A stretch of DNA of 64,000 nt from Eubacteriales bacterium (GCA_045604985.1 JAZUPD010000018.1:57793-121792); one strand, 5' to 3'. Shown: positions 1 through 10,891, counted from the first letter of the stretch. Made by a program: numbers and translations. Notes: generated by a model not told the origin, from the letters alone.

Positions 1-913
1 TGCCTGAAAACACCATGGGGAGAACATTCTTAAATCCCTCGCAGGGCTCGGATGTGGGAGCTTCTGCATGAGTAACCGTGTCGCCGACCTTTGTATCACC
101 GATAAACTTGATGCTGGCGGTAATATATCCTACCATACCCGCTGAAAGCTCGTCGCATTTGGCAAGACCGAAAGGCTCCATTGTGCCAACCTCGACAACA
201 TCAAATTCAGCACCCGTATTCATCAGTTTTATTCTTTCGCCTGCATGGAGCTTGCCGTCCATAACTCGGACATAGACCACAACGCCAAGATAACTGTCGT
301 AATATGAATCGAAGATAAGGCATTTGAGGGGAGCATTTTCATCCCCCTCAGGTGCGGGAATATCGGAAATTATTTTATCGAGAACATCGCCGATATTAAG
401 CCCCGTTTTTGCCGAAACTGCAGGACATCCGTCAGCGGGAATACCGATAATGTCCGCAATCTCGCCCCTAACGCGCTCGATATCGGCAGAAGGGAGGTCT
501 ATCTTGTTTATAACGGGTACGATCTCAAGATTTGAATCTGCCGCAAGGTATGCATTTGCAAGAGTCTGAGCTTCGATGCCCTGTGTTGCGTCGACCACGA
601 GCAGTGCGCCGTCGCAGGCGTTGAGGGATCTGGAAACCTCGTAGTTAAAGTCAACATGACCTGGGGTGTCTATGAGGTTCAGCTCATATTTTTCACCGTC
701 CTTTGCGGTATAATCAAGCTTTACCGCTCGGCTTTTTATGGTTATTCCCCTTTCTTTTTCTAGGTCCATATTGTCAAGAACGCGGTTTTCCATCTCACGC
801 TGTGAAAGTGTGTCGGTATATTCGAGGATTCTGTCCGCAAGGGTGGATTTTCCGTGGTCGATATGTGCGATAATTGAAAAATTTCTTATGTGCTTTTGCT
901 TTTCACTCTGCAT
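1..913 (-). CDS. lepA: Elongation factor 4 (LepA), N-terminal ~304 codons; the 3' end lies beyond the left window edge
   Basis: Absent from the ORF track because the frame runs off the edge. Manual minus-strand translation from ATG (913-911) gives [45 protein letters not shown]..., with G1 motif [10 protein letters not shown] scanned this frame for tta/cta/tca on the plus strand down to position 1 and found no stop. The + ORFs 78-275, 324-569 and 738-947 are antisense artefacts. Confidence 0.9.
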   Translation of the reverse strand, partial: MQSEKQKHIRNFSIIAHIDHGKSTLADRILEYTDTLSQREMENRVLDNMDLEKERGITIKSRAVKLDYTAKDGEKYELNLIDTPGHVDFNYEVSRSLNACDGALLVVDATQGIEAQTLANAYLAADSNLEIVPVINKIDLPSADIERVRGEIADIIGIPADGCPAVSAKTGLNIGDVLDKIISDIPAPEGDENAPLKCLIFDSYYDSYLGVVVYVRVMDGKLHAGERIKLMNTGAEFDVVEVGTMEPFGLAKCDELSAGMVGYITASIKFIGDTKVGDTVTHAEAPTSEPCEGFKNVLPMVFSG

Positions 914-939
914 AAAACGTTTGATTTCCTTTCAGTGCT

Positions 940-1671
940 TTAGTTAAAAAGGTTTTTTACTGCGCTGTTTATTCCGCTTTTATTGAGCGAATAGAGAATT
1001 AGCAGAGCCGTTCCGGCTATGAGAACGACTGTAAAGATTATCATTTTTTTGCTTGAAACCTTCAGCTCAAGTGTCGGGTCACAAAGCTTCAGCTTTTTTA
1101 GACTTGGCAACAGCGCACCAAAGAAAAAGGTCATTATAAACACTTCGAGGGGTAAAAGAAGAAGATTTTTGATGCCCGAAATTACGACATAATAACCATA
1201 AGGACCGCCCGACATCGCAACTCTCCAGACAGAGCCGAGAAGCACATTGACAAAGAGATTTATGGTAAATCTTGCAGCGGCGAGCCTTTCAAAGGAGATC
1301 CTTGTACGGTATAAGAACAGTGCGTAGATAAATGCACCCAGAACTGCTGAAAGAGTATAGCCAAAAAAGAAGGAATAGCCGTTTACGAGCGCTCCCACAA
1401 CGTCAACTATGATGCCGCATGGGATTGCGATAACGGGTCCTGTCAAAAAGGAGCAGAGGAAGATAGAAATGAATGAAAATGAGACCTCCAAAACCCCGGG
1501 AATTATCGGTATCATAAATTTTTCGAGAATAATGGAAACAGCACAGAGCAATGCACAAATTATGAGCGCACGCACATTCTTCATTTCCGAGATTGCCTCT
1601 CTCCAATATGAGCCTCTGAATGGCAAAGCATAGCTTCTTGATGCAGAATTACTGTTTTTCAAATCGTTCAC
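940..1671 (-). CDS. ECF transporter S component (folate-family-like), polytopic membrane protein
   Basis: 243 aa and very hydrophobic with about 6 TM segments. The layout resembles ECF S components (FolT-like, as I recall that family). No ECF A/T genes are adjacent. Substrate is not established. Confidence 0.55.
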   Translation of the reverse strand: MNDLKNSNSASRSYALPFRGSYWREAISEMKNVRALIICALLCAVSIILEKFMIPIIPGVLEVSFSFISIFLCSFLTGPVIAIPCGIIVDVVGALVNGYSFFFGYTLSAVLGAFIYALFLYRTRISFERLAAARFTINLFVNVLLGSVWRVAMSGGPYGYYVVISGIKNLLLLPLEVFIMTFFFGALLPSLKKLKLCDPTLELKVSSKKMIIFTVVLIAGTALLILYSLNKSGINSAVKNLFN

Positions 1672-1681
1672 TCCTATAAAA

Positions 1682-3343
1682 TCAGCTCTCGCTGTCTATT
1701 ACCATATCACAAACAAGATATGAAGCATTTTCCTTTATGAATACGAGAGAAAGAGTTCCCTCATAAAGCTTTTCGTTTCTGTAAAAGCGCAGATGGACGG
1801 AATAATCCACCTCGCAGTATATAAGGCCGCCGATATCAATGAAATTCTTAGGCTCCAGAAGGTCGATTCGGTAAACGCCTTGATTCACAAATTCAAAGCT
1901 GCTCTTTGACCTTTGTATCTGCATATATGCCGGGCTTTGAGTCTTCATTTTTGAGATCAGAGCGTTGTAATTCTCCTCGATTCCAACAGCACCGTTTGCA
2001 ACATAATGAAAATATGTTTTTGTAAATTCCTCTGCGGCATTTTTTGCGCTTTCGGCTTCGGGTGTTTCCTTGCCGTAAAATTCAGCAGTTATTTCAAGTT
2101 CATTTTTCTTCAGCGAGCAAAGAGGGATCTCCTTACCGTCAATTTCCGCAGATACCGTTGGCTCGTAGATAAGCCCGTATATTTTATAGGTCACGCCTAT
2201 TGTGTCATTCTTATCAAATGCATATTTTTTGACTGCAGTAAGTCCTTCAAATCCGCCGTTTCCAACAAGATATTTTTCCGACACCTTGACTCCGTTTATA
2301 TAAACTGCGGCATCTTCTGGGGCGGTTATTCTCACTCTATATCTACTCTCGTCCGAATAGAGATATATATATTCGTTTTTATCCTCCGTTTGTTTTCCCA
2401 TCAGTTCCTTGCCATTTGCTGTAACAGATATGTCTGAAGGGCTGTAAAAGCCGTAAACTCTATAGGAAAGAGCCTTTGGCGAGGCATCAACGATCGACTT
2501 TTCAAATTCCGAAAGTGCTGCCGAAAGCACTCCCTGTCGTGCAAGAGAAGGCGATGGGGTAACTCCGTTTATACGAACAGATGCATTTGAGGGAACTGTT
2601 AGCAAATAGCTGTTTCTCTCCTCGGAAAACCAATCGGCTTTTCCGTTTTTTATATGCAGATCTACGTATTCACAGTCCTGAGCCGCAGTAAGCTTCGGCA
2701 CAAGGCAAAGATCGTCTATTTTATAAATATTGCATTTTGTACCTTCGGTAACAACGGTTTTTTCGCTGTATTGTACGTTTTTTTCTATAATATATTTCTC
2801 TCCTGCCTCTTTGCCGTTGACAAAAAGGGAAGCACCGGTGGGAATACATACCGTAACAGATGTTAGCTCTATTGCTCCTGGCACCGATTCGGGATAGAGA
2901 AAAGCATCATCCACCTCAAAAACCGTGATTCCAAATGCGGTTTTTTTGTCTTTTGGGCAAAGGATAAGCTTTCCAATGTCCTTATCGCCGCAAATGAGAC
3001 GGTAAACGGGTCTTGCTGATGTATATTCCTTTGCAAGCTTTGCTATATCTATCTTTCCGGAAAGATGCTCTGTATTTGCGATAATAAGCTCCGGAGATTC
3101 AAATTCTCCCATTTCTCCCGCCACTTTTTTCACAAGCGAAGCAAGCACTTCGTCATCAAGTGAGAGTAAAAAATCCTCTGCCGTCTTTTCGGGCAGATTT
3201 TTTTCATATGTATAAAGAAAAGCACAAAGAATGCTTATAAGAGATGCAAAAACAAGAGCGAGCGATATAGTATAAATGATCATACCCTTGGCAAAGCCCT
3301 TTATTCTTTTTTCCTTTGACTTTCTTTTCTTTGTTTCCTTCAA
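1682..3343 (-). CDS. Hypothetical membrane-anchored protein with PEGA-like beta-sandwich repeats
   Basis: 553 aa. Basic N-terminus followed by one TM helix (MIIYTISLALVFASLISILCAFLY). Recurrent P-x-x-A-x-(V/I/F)-x-(V/I)-NG-(K/V) segments: IPTGASLFVNGKEAG, VPSNASVRINGVTPS, APEDAAVYINGVKVS. No catalytic motif recognised. Confidence 0.55.
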   Translation of the reverse strand: MKETKKRKSKEKRIKGFAKGMIIYTISLALVFASLISILCAFLYTYEKNLPEKTAEDFLLSLDDEVLASLVKKVAGEMGEFESPELIIANTEHLSGKIDIAKLAKEYTSARPVYRLICGDKDIGKLILCPKDKKTAFGITVFEVDDAFLYPESVPGAIELTSVTVCIPTGASLFVNGKEAGEKYIIEKNVQYSEKTVVTEGTKCNIYKIDDLCLVPKLTAAQDCEYVDLHIKNGKADWFSEERNSYLLTVPSNASVRINGVTPSPSLARQGVLSAALSEFEKSIVDASPKALSYRVYGFYSPSDISVTANGKELMGKQTEDKNEYIYLYSDESRYRVRITAPEDAAVYINGVKVSEKYLVGNGGFEGLTAVKKYAFDKNDTIGVTYKIYGLIYEPTVSAEIDGKEIPLCSLKKNELEITAEFYGKETPEAESAKNAAEEFTKTYFHYVANGAVGIEENYNALISKMKTQSPAYMQIQRSKSSFEFVNQGVYRIDLLEPKNFIDIGGLIYCEVDYSVHLRFYRNEKLYEGTLSLVFIKENASYLVCDMVIDSES

Positions 3344-3388
3344 TTTTTTGACCTTTCGATGCCATTCAGAAAAAACGGCTTTTGTTAT

Positions 3389-4210
3389 TTACCTGATGCT
3401 GACCTCGCCCGATGCGATTTTTTCCTCTTTCATGTCGGGATAGCGTACGATCAGACTGAAATCTTTGTCAATATCAACTGCCTTTGCCACAGGGAAAAGC
3501 TCTTGTCTTTCAAGAAACAGCTCCCTTGGATCTTTTGCGCCCGAAATTGAGGGCTTTAAAATTCTTATATCTTTACCAAGAGTTTCACAATGAGCTTTGT
3601 AATAGTCGATATAAGGGGGTGCATTGTCGGCTTTTCCCTCAAGTAGAATGGAATATATGGAAAGGATCTCTCCGGTCAGCCTGTAAAGAAGAGCATTTTC
3701 ATCTACCTTTTTGCCGCAAAGAGAATATATTGACGAAGCGATTCCCGAAAGCTCGCCCTCAAAGCATTCCTTTTCTTGATTTGTGTTGATTCCGATGCCG
3801 ATTATGACACGCTCGACTCTGCCGCCTTCTAAAAGAACGCTCTCCGCAAGGATCCCGCAGATCTTTTTGCCAAAAAGAAGCAGATCGTTGGTCCATTTTA
3901 TGCTTGGACATATTCCAACAGTGCCTTCAATGGATCTCGCCACCGCCACGGCGCAAAGTCCCGTCAGCGGGAGAAGTTTCTCTGCCTTAAGATCCTTTGG
4001 AAAAAAACAATATGAGATATAAAATCCACCCTCGTCAGAGAAAAATTTCCTTCCCATGCGACCTCTGCCCTTGCTTTGGTGCAGAGCTCTTATTATGCAG
4101 TCATCTTTAACCGAATCGGATTTGCAAAGCTCGTTTGTGGAATCTACATGATGGAGCAACGTATATCTTTTTTTTAGATATTCCGAAATGGCACCGTCCC
4201 AATTTTTCAT
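3389..4210 (-). CDS. birA: Biotin--[acetyl-CoA-carboxylase] ligase (group I, no N-terminal HTH)
   Basis: Contains the GRGRMGRKF motif (biotin ligase GRGRxGRxW type) and HHVDSTNE. The ORF track starts at 4249 and overlaps the upstream gene by 35 nt. I prefer the ATG at 4210 (MKNWDGAISEYLKK). Confidence 0.85.
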   Translation of the reverse strand: MKNWDGAISEYLKKRYTLLHHVDSTNELCKSDSVKDDCIIRALHQSKGRGRMGRKFFSDEGGFYISYCFFPKDLKAEKLLPLTGLCAVAVARSIEGTVGICPSIKWTNDLLLFGKKICGILAESVLLEGGRVERVIIGIGINTNQEKECFEGELSGIASSIYSLCGKKVDENALLYRLTGEILSIYSILLEGKADNAPPYIDYYKAHCETLGKDIRILKPSISGAKDPRELFLERQELFPVAKAVDIDKDFSLIVRYPDMKEEKIASGEVSIR

Positions 4211-4214
4211 CTTA

Positions 4215-4559
4215 TCAAAAATTCGAACCGTTCCAGCCCCATTTGTCACATTCCTCGTATTTTACATATATTCTGTCCGAGGGAATGTTCAGCTTCGTTT
4301 CGTAAAGCTTGCAGATTGCAGCAGTGACGTTTGAATATGCCTCTTTTGTTGATCTTCCGAATATTTTCACCTCGACGTATGCGGTATCGGCACTGTCGTC
4401 TCCCCTAAAATACATTTTTACATCGTCATTAAATGAGAGCATGAGCCAATCCTCGTTTTTACCGGGGAAAAGGGAAATGATTTTTCCAAGTTCGGACTTT
4501 ATTTCATTTCTTTCTTTATCCGAGATCTTTTTTGTTGTAACTGTGCTTATATACGGCAT
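4215..4559 (-). CDS. Tautomerase / MIF-family protein
   Basis: 114 aa with Pro directly after the initiator Met (MPYIST...) and a C-terminal WGWNGSNF typical of the MIF/phenylpyruvate tautomerase family. Confidence 0.7.
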   Translation of the reverse strand: MPYISTVTTKKISDKERNEIKSELGKIISLFPGKNEDWLMLSFNDDVKMYFRGDDSADTAYVEVKIFGRSTKEAYSNVTAAICKLYETKLNIPSDRIYVKYEECDKWGWNGSNF

Positions 4560-4580
4560 GTTGGTCTCCTTTTATTCGTC

Positions 4581-5309
4581 TTATTTGTCCTGTGATTCTT
4601 CAAGCAGGTATTGTTTTGCTTCGCCCGAGCCAAGAAGTGCCGCTTCCTTTATAAGAAGCTGACCTCGTTTGCGGTTTATGCGGCATCCGATGCCCTCGAT
4701 ATAGAAAAGACCAAGAAGAAATTTTGCATCTCTTACAGTTTGGGTGTATACCTCGTCCTCGTCTTTGTTTGCGGCAACTATGGATAGCCATCTGTGAGCG
4801 TCGATATGACTCTCTGTTATAGCGCGGCAGCGTTCCTCCTCGATCCTCTGCTGTTCTTCCTCGTCGATATTACCCGCAAGAAGCGCATAGTCGTATCTGT
4901 TTTCAGCTTTATGATAGGGGATTCGGCAGATATTACTTGAAACTGGATTTCCTGCGTATCCGATGGAACAAGCGGAAGCAAGATAAAGCTGTGCCTCGGG
5001 ACATCCGCCGTTTGCGCTCAGTTCCATATAATGTATAGCCTTTTTTATGTCTCTTTTGACTCCAATGCCGTTCATAGTCATAACCGCAAGATTATATGCG
5101 GCATCTCCCCCATCAAGATAGATAGCCACCGCATAAAAATCTGCTGCTTTTTCCGTATTCTTCTCAACGCCTATGCCAAACTGATGCAGATACCCTATGT
5201 TGAACATGGCATCAAGGTCGCCTTCATAAGCAAGTGCCCTGTAAATCTCAGCAGCTTTTTCGTATTCACCCTTAACGAAAAGCGCATTTGCCCTGATAAG
5301 ATCATTCAT
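4581..5309 (-). CDS. Sel1-like (TPR-type) repeat protein
   Basis: 242 aa with repeated Sel1 signatures: AMFNIGYLHQFGIGVEKNTEKAADFY, AAYNLAVMTMNGIGVKRDIKKAIHYM, GLFYIEGIGCRINRKRGQLLIKEAA. Confidence 0.75.
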   Translation of the reverse strand: MNDLIRANALFVKGEYEKAAEIYRALAYEGDLDAMFNIGYLHQFGIGVEKNTEKAADFYAVAIYLDGGDAAYNLAVMTMNGIGVKRDIKKAIHYMELSANGGCPEAQLYLASACSIGYAGNPVSSNICRIPYHKAENRYDYALLAGNIDEEEQQRIEEERCRAITESHIDAHRWLSIVAANKDEDEVYTQTVRDAKFLLGLFYIEGIGCRINRKRGQLLIKEAALLGSGEAKQYLLEESQDK

Positions 5310-5466
5310 TTTTTAGTCCTTCATTATCATTTTATATTATTTTATCACATTATCCCATGTATGTCAAGAAAAAATAGCATTTAAGGTAATTTTTTAGCCC
5401 TGAAATCTCATATGATTTAAGGAAAAAGACAAGCGATGGGCATGTCATTTATCTGAAGGCGAGGGG

Positions 5467-8172
5467 ATGAGGATCTTGTTAAAAGAAAAAACCACGAGAA
5501 AGGATGAAATTTCAAAAATTTCGAAAGGTCTTACCTCGGAAGAGGTTCGCATTTCTGAGGAAAAGCACGGTAGAAACGTTATAAGCAGAAAAAAGCGACG
5601 CTCGTTTATAAGACAGTTTATTTCAAATTTGGGAGACCCAATTATAAGAGTGCTTCTCTTTGCGCTTTTTCTTAATATTCTCTTTCTTTTCCGTGATGGG
5701 GATATATATGAGACCGTTGGCATCGGCATTTCGGTTTTTCTTGCAACCTTCATCTCCACTGCTTCCGAATATTCAAGCGAAACTGCATTCAGAAGACTTG
5801 GCGAGGAGAATTCGGGCGGAAAAATAAGAGCTAGAAGGGACGGAAAGCTGATAGAGCTTGATGCCGTGGAGCTTGTTGTGGGCGATATCATATATCTTGG
5901 CGCAGGGGAAAGGATCCCCGCCGATGCAATTCTTCTTTCGGGCAGAATGGGTGTTGATCAATCGTCAATGACGGGAGAGAGCAAGGAGGTAAAAAAAGAA
6001 CCCTGCGGCGGATTTTCGCCTGCGATTTCCCTTGATCCTGCAGAAAAGGACGCACTCCCCGGAGGCAGCCTTATCCTTTCGGGCGAGGGGGTGGCAAGGG
6101 TCTGCTTTGTGGGAGACGAGACCCTTCTCGGCGGCATTTCGAGGGAGATAGATCTGGATACGAGAGAAAGCCCGCTCAGAGTCAGGCTCATGGGACTTGC
6201 CAAAGTTATCAGCCGACTGGGATATATCGCCGCCATCCTAGTTTCATTTGCATACCTTGTGAATTGCTTTTTCCTTGATAGCGGAATGAACAGAAGCATC
6301 ATTATGATGAAGCTTTTTGATATGCGTTATCTTTTTGAAAAGATTCTTCACGCTCTGACACTTGGGCTGACGGTGGTAGTGGTGGCAGTGCCTGAGGGCT
6401 TACCCCTTATGATATCGGTGGTGCTTTCGGCAAACATCAAAAAAATGATAAAAAATAATGTTCTTGTGCGAAAGCCAGTTGGGATCGAGGCGGCGGGAAG
6501 CATGAATATCCTTTTTTGCGACAAGACCGGAACTATTACCGAGGGCGTACCTAAGGTCAGCGAATATATTTGCGGTGACGGAAGACGTTTTTCTTCTCTT
6601 GCAGAACTAAAAAAGGGTGGCGAGATCAGGCATGCTCTGGGACTTTCCGCTTTTTATAATACCTCTGCCTCTCTAACACTCGGTAATGATAAAAAAGAAC
6701 ACGCACTTGGAGGTAACACCACCGACAGAGCGCTTCTTTTGGATGCTGCAGCGATAAAAAACGAATTTTCGGGTCTGGACATAAAAGTCATAGAAAAAAA
6801 TCCATTTGACAGCGACAAAAAATATTCTTCAGTTCGTATCAATGACGAGGGCGATCAATTTTTTATAAAGGGGGCGCCCGAAAAGCTTCTTGGCAAGATC
6901 GAGACCTATCTTCTTGACGACGGAAACGAAAAAGCCCTTGATAAATCCGCATTCTTACGCATCATAAACGAAAAAACCGGAAACGGCGCAAGGGTCATTC
7001 TTATTTGCAGAGGAGATGGGAGAGCGGGGGGAAGAATGGGACTCACGCTCCTTGCCGCTGTCTGTCTTTCGGACGGAATAAGGCGTGAAAGCCCTGCCTC
7101 GGTGAGAAGATTGCGAGATGCGGGAATTCATGTGGTCATGGTAACGGGAGACAATATGGAAACAGCGCAGAGCATTGCACAAGAATGTGGAATTCTCGGC
7201 GGGGGCGTAGATATCTGTCTTACAAGCACCTCCCTTGCTGAGATGGGAGATGAAAAGCTTCGTGCGCTTTTGCCAAGGATTGGAGTTATTGCAAGGGCAC
7301 TTCCTTCGGATAAGAGCAGACTTGTGAGAGTGGCGCAGGAAAAGGAGATGGTAGTTGGAATGACGGGGGACGGCATAAACGATGCTCCTGCCCTTCGCCG
7401 TGCGGACGTTGGCTTTTCCATGGGAAGTGGTACACAGGTGGCAAAGGACGCAGGGGACATCATCATTCTCGATAATGACCTTTCCTCCATCGCAAAGGCA
7501 GTGCTTTACGGCAGAGGAATTTTTAAAAATATCAGGAAATTCATCACTCTTCAGCTCACCATGAATCTCTCTGCTGTGGGAATTTCGATGATAGGTCCTT
7601 TTATCGGATTTGACGCCCCCGTGACCGTAGTGCAGATGCTTTGGATAAATATTATCATGGACACTCTCGGGGGAATCGCCTTTGCGGGAGAGCATGCAAG
7701 TGAGGAATACATGGATGAAAATCCCAAGCGGCGAGACGAGCCGATACTTAATAAATACATGATCTGGCATATACTAACAATGGGCATCTTTACTATTGTT
7801 CTTTGCCTTTCCTTCCTCAAAATGCCCGAGATAAGCCGACTTTTCAGAGCAAGTGAGAGCAATATTTATCTCCTGACCGGCTTCTTCGTGCTGTTTATTT
7901 TCGCCTCTGTTTTTAATTGCTTCTCTGCAAGAGTGGATAGCATTTCTCTTTTTTCGGGGCTTGGTAAAAACAAGGTGTTTATAGGCATTATGCTCCTTAT
8001 CGCATTTATTCAGATACTTTTCGTCTATCTTGGCGGCTCGGTACTCAGAACTGCCCCGCTGATCCCCATGGAGCTTGCATACTCTATCGCACCTGCTCTT
8101 CTGGTTTTTCCTGCAGATTTTGCGGAAAAAATTATTTTGCGTGCTGTGTTTTCAAAAAAATCGGGATATTAA
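5467..8172 (+). CDS. Calcium-translocating P-type (P2) ATPase
   Basis: 901 aa. P-type motifs TGES (MTGESKEV), CDKTGTITEG, MVTGDN and TGDGINDAPAL. The M4 motif PEGLP is typical of Ca2+ pumps. Confidence 0.9.
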   Translation: MRILLKEKTTRKDEISKISKGLTSEEVRISEEKHGRNVISRKKRRSFIRQFISNLGDPIIRVLLFALFLNILFLFRDGDIYETVGIGISVFLATFISTASEYSSETAFRRLGEENSGGKIRARRDGKLIELDAVELVVGDIIYLGAGERIPADAILLSGRMGVDQSSMTGESKEVKKEPCGGFSPAISLDPAEKDALPGGSLILSGEGVARVCFVGDETLLGGISREIDLDTRESPLRVRLMGLAKVISRLGYIAAILVSFAYLVNCFFLDSGMNRSIIMMKLFDMRYLFEKILHALTLGLTVVVVAVPEGLPLMISVVLSANIKKMIKNNVLVRKPVGIEAAGSMNILFCDKTGTITEGVPKVSEYICGDGRRFSSLAELKKGGEIRHALGLSAFYNTSASLTLGNDKKEHALGGNTTDRALLLDAAAIKNEFSGLDIKVIEKNPFDSDKKYSSVRINDEGDQFFIKGAPEKLLGKIETYLLDDGNEKALDKSAFLRIINEKTGNGARVILICRGDGRAGGRMGLTLLAAVCLSDGIRRESPASVRRLRDAGIHVVMVTGDNMETAQSIAQECGILGGGVDICLTSTSLAEMGDEKLRALLPRIGVIARALPSDKSRLVRVAQEKEMVVGMTGDGINDAPALRRADVGFSMGSGTQVAKDAGDIIILDNDLSSIAKAVLYGRGIFKNIRKFITLQLTMNLSAVGISMIGPFIGFDAPVTVVQMLWINIIMDTLGGIAFAGEHASEEYMDENPKRRDEPILNKYMIWHILTMGIFTIVLCLSFLKMPEISRLFRASESNIYLLTGFFVLFIFASVFNCFSARVDSISLFSGLGKNKVFIGIMLLIAFIQILFVYLGGSVLRTAPLIPMELAYSIAPALLVFPADFAEKIILRAVFSKKSGY

Positions 8173-8191
8173 GATAAAAAACACAAAGTTG

Positions 8192-8220
8192 TTGACAAAT
8201 CAACATTTGCGTGATATAAT
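8192..8220 (+). promoter_or_regulatory. Sigma-70-type promoter of the MarR gene (TTGACA-17-TATAAT)
   Basis: TTGACA at 8192-8197, a 17-nt spacer, and TATAAT at 8215-8220, about 40 nt upstream of the ATG at 8261. Overlapped by the inverted repeat GTTGA-caaa-TCAAC (8191-8204). Confidence 0.55.
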
Positions 8221-8260
8221 TACAGAAAAGGATAAAAAAACAATGGAGAGTATCATATAA

Positions 8261-8707
8261 ATGCAAGAGAGATTTGAAATTTTCACCGTCCTTATGATGA
8301 GGATAAACAGATCAATAAGAAGGCTTAAAACAGACGAGATGAAAAAATGGGGGCTGAAGAGTCACCATGTTTCCTGCCTTTATTATCTTTATAAATCAAA
8401 CGGACTTACCGCAACCGAGCTTGGCGAGCTTTGTATCGAGGATAAGGCGTCACTTTCAAGAGCCATCGAGACTCTTGAGGAGGAGGGCTATCTCGTGTGC
8501 AATTCCAGTACTATAAAGAGATATCGCAGTCCTCTTGAGCTTACGAAAAAGGGCAAGGAGGTTGGAAAGAGCCTTTCAGACAAAATAGACGAGGTGCTTA
8601 AGGCGACTTCGGATGGGGTCAGTGACAAGGAAAGAAAGATCATGTATTCCTCGCTTGAAAAAATAAGCGCAAGTCTCGAATCACTTTGCGAAGACTATAA
8701 AGAATAA
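8261..8707 (+). CDS. MarR-family transcriptional regulator
   Basis: 148 aa of winged-helix MarR layout (LTATELGELCIEDKASLSRAIETLEEEGYL). RBS GGAGAG upstream. Confidence 0.85.
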   Translation: MQERFEIFTVLMMRINRSIRRLKTDEMKKWGLKSHHVSCLYYLYKSNGLTATELGELCIEDKASLSRAIETLEEEGYLVCNSSTIKRYRSPLELTKKGKEVGKSLSDKIDEVLKATSDGVSDKERKIMYSSLEKISASLESLCEDYKE

Positions 8708-8712
8708 ACTAT

Positions 8713-8749
8713 GGGGCTGAGCCGAACAAAACGGCAAAGCCCCTTTTTG
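8713..8749 (+). terminator. Rho-independent terminator after the MarR gene
   Basis: GGGGCT(GAGCCG)...(CGGC)AAAGCCCC stem followed by TTTTT. Confidence 0.6.
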
Positions 8750-8908
8750 TTATTCTGAATGATAATGATAAATGTGAATTTGTCGAGGAGTTAGGGCGGG
8801 AGCAGTCAGGCAAAATTTTGCTGAAGCATTTTCAAAAGCTTGCTGAAAACTTTCAAACTGCACTGCTCTGTGCGAATCACTATTTACTGTTTGCAAAGGA
8901 CCGACCAC

Positions 8909-10873
8909 TTATTTTTTAATGGGTTTTCTTTTGGTCTTTTCTCTTTTTCCGCCGTAATTATTTTTCCTTTTGTCGGTGTGATTGCCAACTCTGCTAACGT
9001 TCTTTTTGCTCTGTGAGCCCTTACCTTTAGCGGGTACGCCGATCTTTTGCGGTTTTATAAGGCATTCGGCCCCATAGCCGATAAGATCCTCTCTCCCCGC
9101 CTTTTTAAGAGCCTCGGCAACAAGCGCACTGTTTTCGGGCTTAGAATATTGCAAAAGTGCTCTTTGAAGCTGTTTTTCGTGATAATTTGTTGCCACATAG
9201 ACTTTTTTTCCGTCAAGAGGATTTATTCCCGTATAATACATGACGGTTGAAGCCGTGCCGGGGGTGGGATAATAGTCCTGTACCTGCTCGGGGGCATAGC
9301 CGTCACGCTTAAGGCATCTTGCAAGCGCAATGGCGTCCTCCAAGCGTGAGCCGGGATGGCTTGACATGAGATATGGAACGAGATATTGCTCTTTGCCAAA
9401 GCTTTTTGTCAGTTCAAAATATCTTTTTCTGAATTTTTCATAGACTTCAAAATCAGGCTTACCCATTTTGCGAAGGACCTCGGATGAGCAATGCTCCGGA
9501 GCGACCTTCAGCTGTCCGCTGACATTATCCCTCACGAGTTTTTTGAAAAAGCTATCGTCCTTATCGCAAAGGACGTAATCAAAGCGTATTCCAGAACGGA
9601 TAAATACCTTTTTTATGCCCGGCACAGCCTCGACTGCCTCGATAAGCCTTATATATTCTGAGTGGTCGGCTTTAAGATTTTTGCAAGGGGTAGGAGCCAA
9701 ACATTTTCTGTCGGCGCAAACTCCGTACTCAAGCTGTTTTTCGCAAGCGGGATGTCGGAAGTTCGCCGTTGGTCCTCCAACATCGTGGATATATCCCTTG
9801 AAATCGGGAAGTCTCGTTATTTTTTGCGCTTCCGAAACAACGCTTTCGATGCTTCTGGAGCGCACGGTTCTTCCCTGATGGAATGCAAGGGCGCAGAAAT
9901 TACAAGCTCCGAAGCAACCACGGTTATGGGTTATCGAAAATTTGACCTCTGCAATGGCGGGAACACCGCCCATCTTCTCATATGAAGGGTGATATGTACG
10001 CATATACGGAAGAGCGTAGACTCTATCAAGCTCCTTGCGCTCCAGAGGCGGCATAGGAGGATTCTGAACCAGCATTTTTTCGTCATAGAACTCGATGATC
10101 GCCTTACCGTTTATCGAATCCTGATTTTTATACTGTACGCCGAATGCCTCGGCATATTTTTTCTTATCCGTTTTTAGCTCGTTATAATCGAATGTTGCCG
10201 CCACGGGGAAATGTATCTTTTCATCTTTTTTAGAGAGAAAAACAGTTCCTCTAACGTCTCTTATCTTCTTTATCGGAACGCCCTTTGACAGAAGCGACGC
10301 AATTCGGAGCAGGATATTTTCTCCCATTCCGTATGTGAGGATATCCGCCCTCGAATCCACAAGGATCGAGCGGCGCACCTTGTCGTCCCAATAGTCATAA
10401 TGGGCAAAGCGGCGAAGGGAGGCTTCAAGACCGCCGATAATTATCGGAATATCGCCGAATGCTTCCCTTATTCTGTTGCAATAAACGATGGTGGCTCTGT
10501 CCGGTCTTGCGCCCATCTTGCCGCCGGGTGAGTAATAATCGCTCGAACGCCTTTTCTTTGCGGCGGTATAGTGTGCAACCATCGAGTCGATATTTCCCGC
10601 AGTCACGAGAAAGCCGAGCTTTGGTCTGCCAAAAGTCTTGAAGTCATCTGCGCTCTTATAATTCGGCTGTGAGAGAATGGCAACTCTATACCCCTCATCC
10701 TCAAGAACTCTCGATATTATCGACACGCCAAAGGACGGATGATCCACATAGGCATCGCCCGTAACATATACAAAATCAGGGGCGTCCCATCCCCGCTCGT
10801 CCATTTCGGCACGGCTTATGGGAAGAAACTCCATACCCTCCTCGGGAAAGGGCTTTTTTTCTGTTTTTTTCAT
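8909..10873 (-). CDS. ygiQ: YgiQ-family radical SAM protein (UPF0313)
   Basis: 654 aa. The N-terminus [36 protein letters not shown] is characteristic of YgiQ. Radical-SAM Cys cluster [14 protein letters not shown]. Lys/Arg-rich C-terminal tail. Confidence 0.85.
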   Translation of the reverse strand: MKKTEKKPFPEEGMEFLPISRAEMDERGWDAPDFVYVTGDAYVDHPSFGVSIISRVLEDEGYRVAILSQPNYKSADDFKTFGRPKLGFLVTAGNIDSMVAHYTAAKKRRSSDYYSPGGKMGARPDRATIVYCNRIREAFGDIPIIIGGLEASLRRFAHYDYWDDKVRRSILVDSRADILTYGMGENILLRIASLLSKGVPIKKIRDVRGTVFLSKKDEKIHFPVAATFDYNELKTDKKKYAEAFGVQYKNQDSINGKAIIEFYDEKMLVQNPPMPPLERKELDRVYALPYMRTYHPSYEKMGGVPAIAEVKFSITHNRGCFGACNFCALAFHQGRTVRSRSIESVVSEAQKITRLPDFKGYIHDVGGPTANFRHPACEKQLEYGVCADRKCLAPTPCKNLKADHSEYIRLIEAVEAVPGIKKVFIRSGIRFDYVLCDKDDSFFKKLVRDNVSGQLKVAPEHCSSEVLRKMGKPDFEVYEKFRKRYFELTKSFGKEQYLVPYLMSSHPGSRLEDAIALARCLKRDGYAPEQVQDYYPTPGTASTVMYYTGINPLDGKKVYVATNYHEKQLQRALLQYSKPENSALVAEALKKAGREDLIGYGAECLIKPQKIGVPAKGKGSQSKKNVSRVGNHTDKRKNNYGGKREKTKRKPIKK

Positions 10874-10891
10874 AATTTTTCCTTTGGTTTT

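Noticed and set aside
6955-7770. 271-aa minus-strand ORF, and several other 60-200 aa ORFs, inside the P-type ATPase, V-ATPase, proS, pepF and GTPase genes
   Set aside because: All are antisense or out of frame relative to strongly supported genes. They have no start context and biased, His/Cys/Ser/Arg-rich products.
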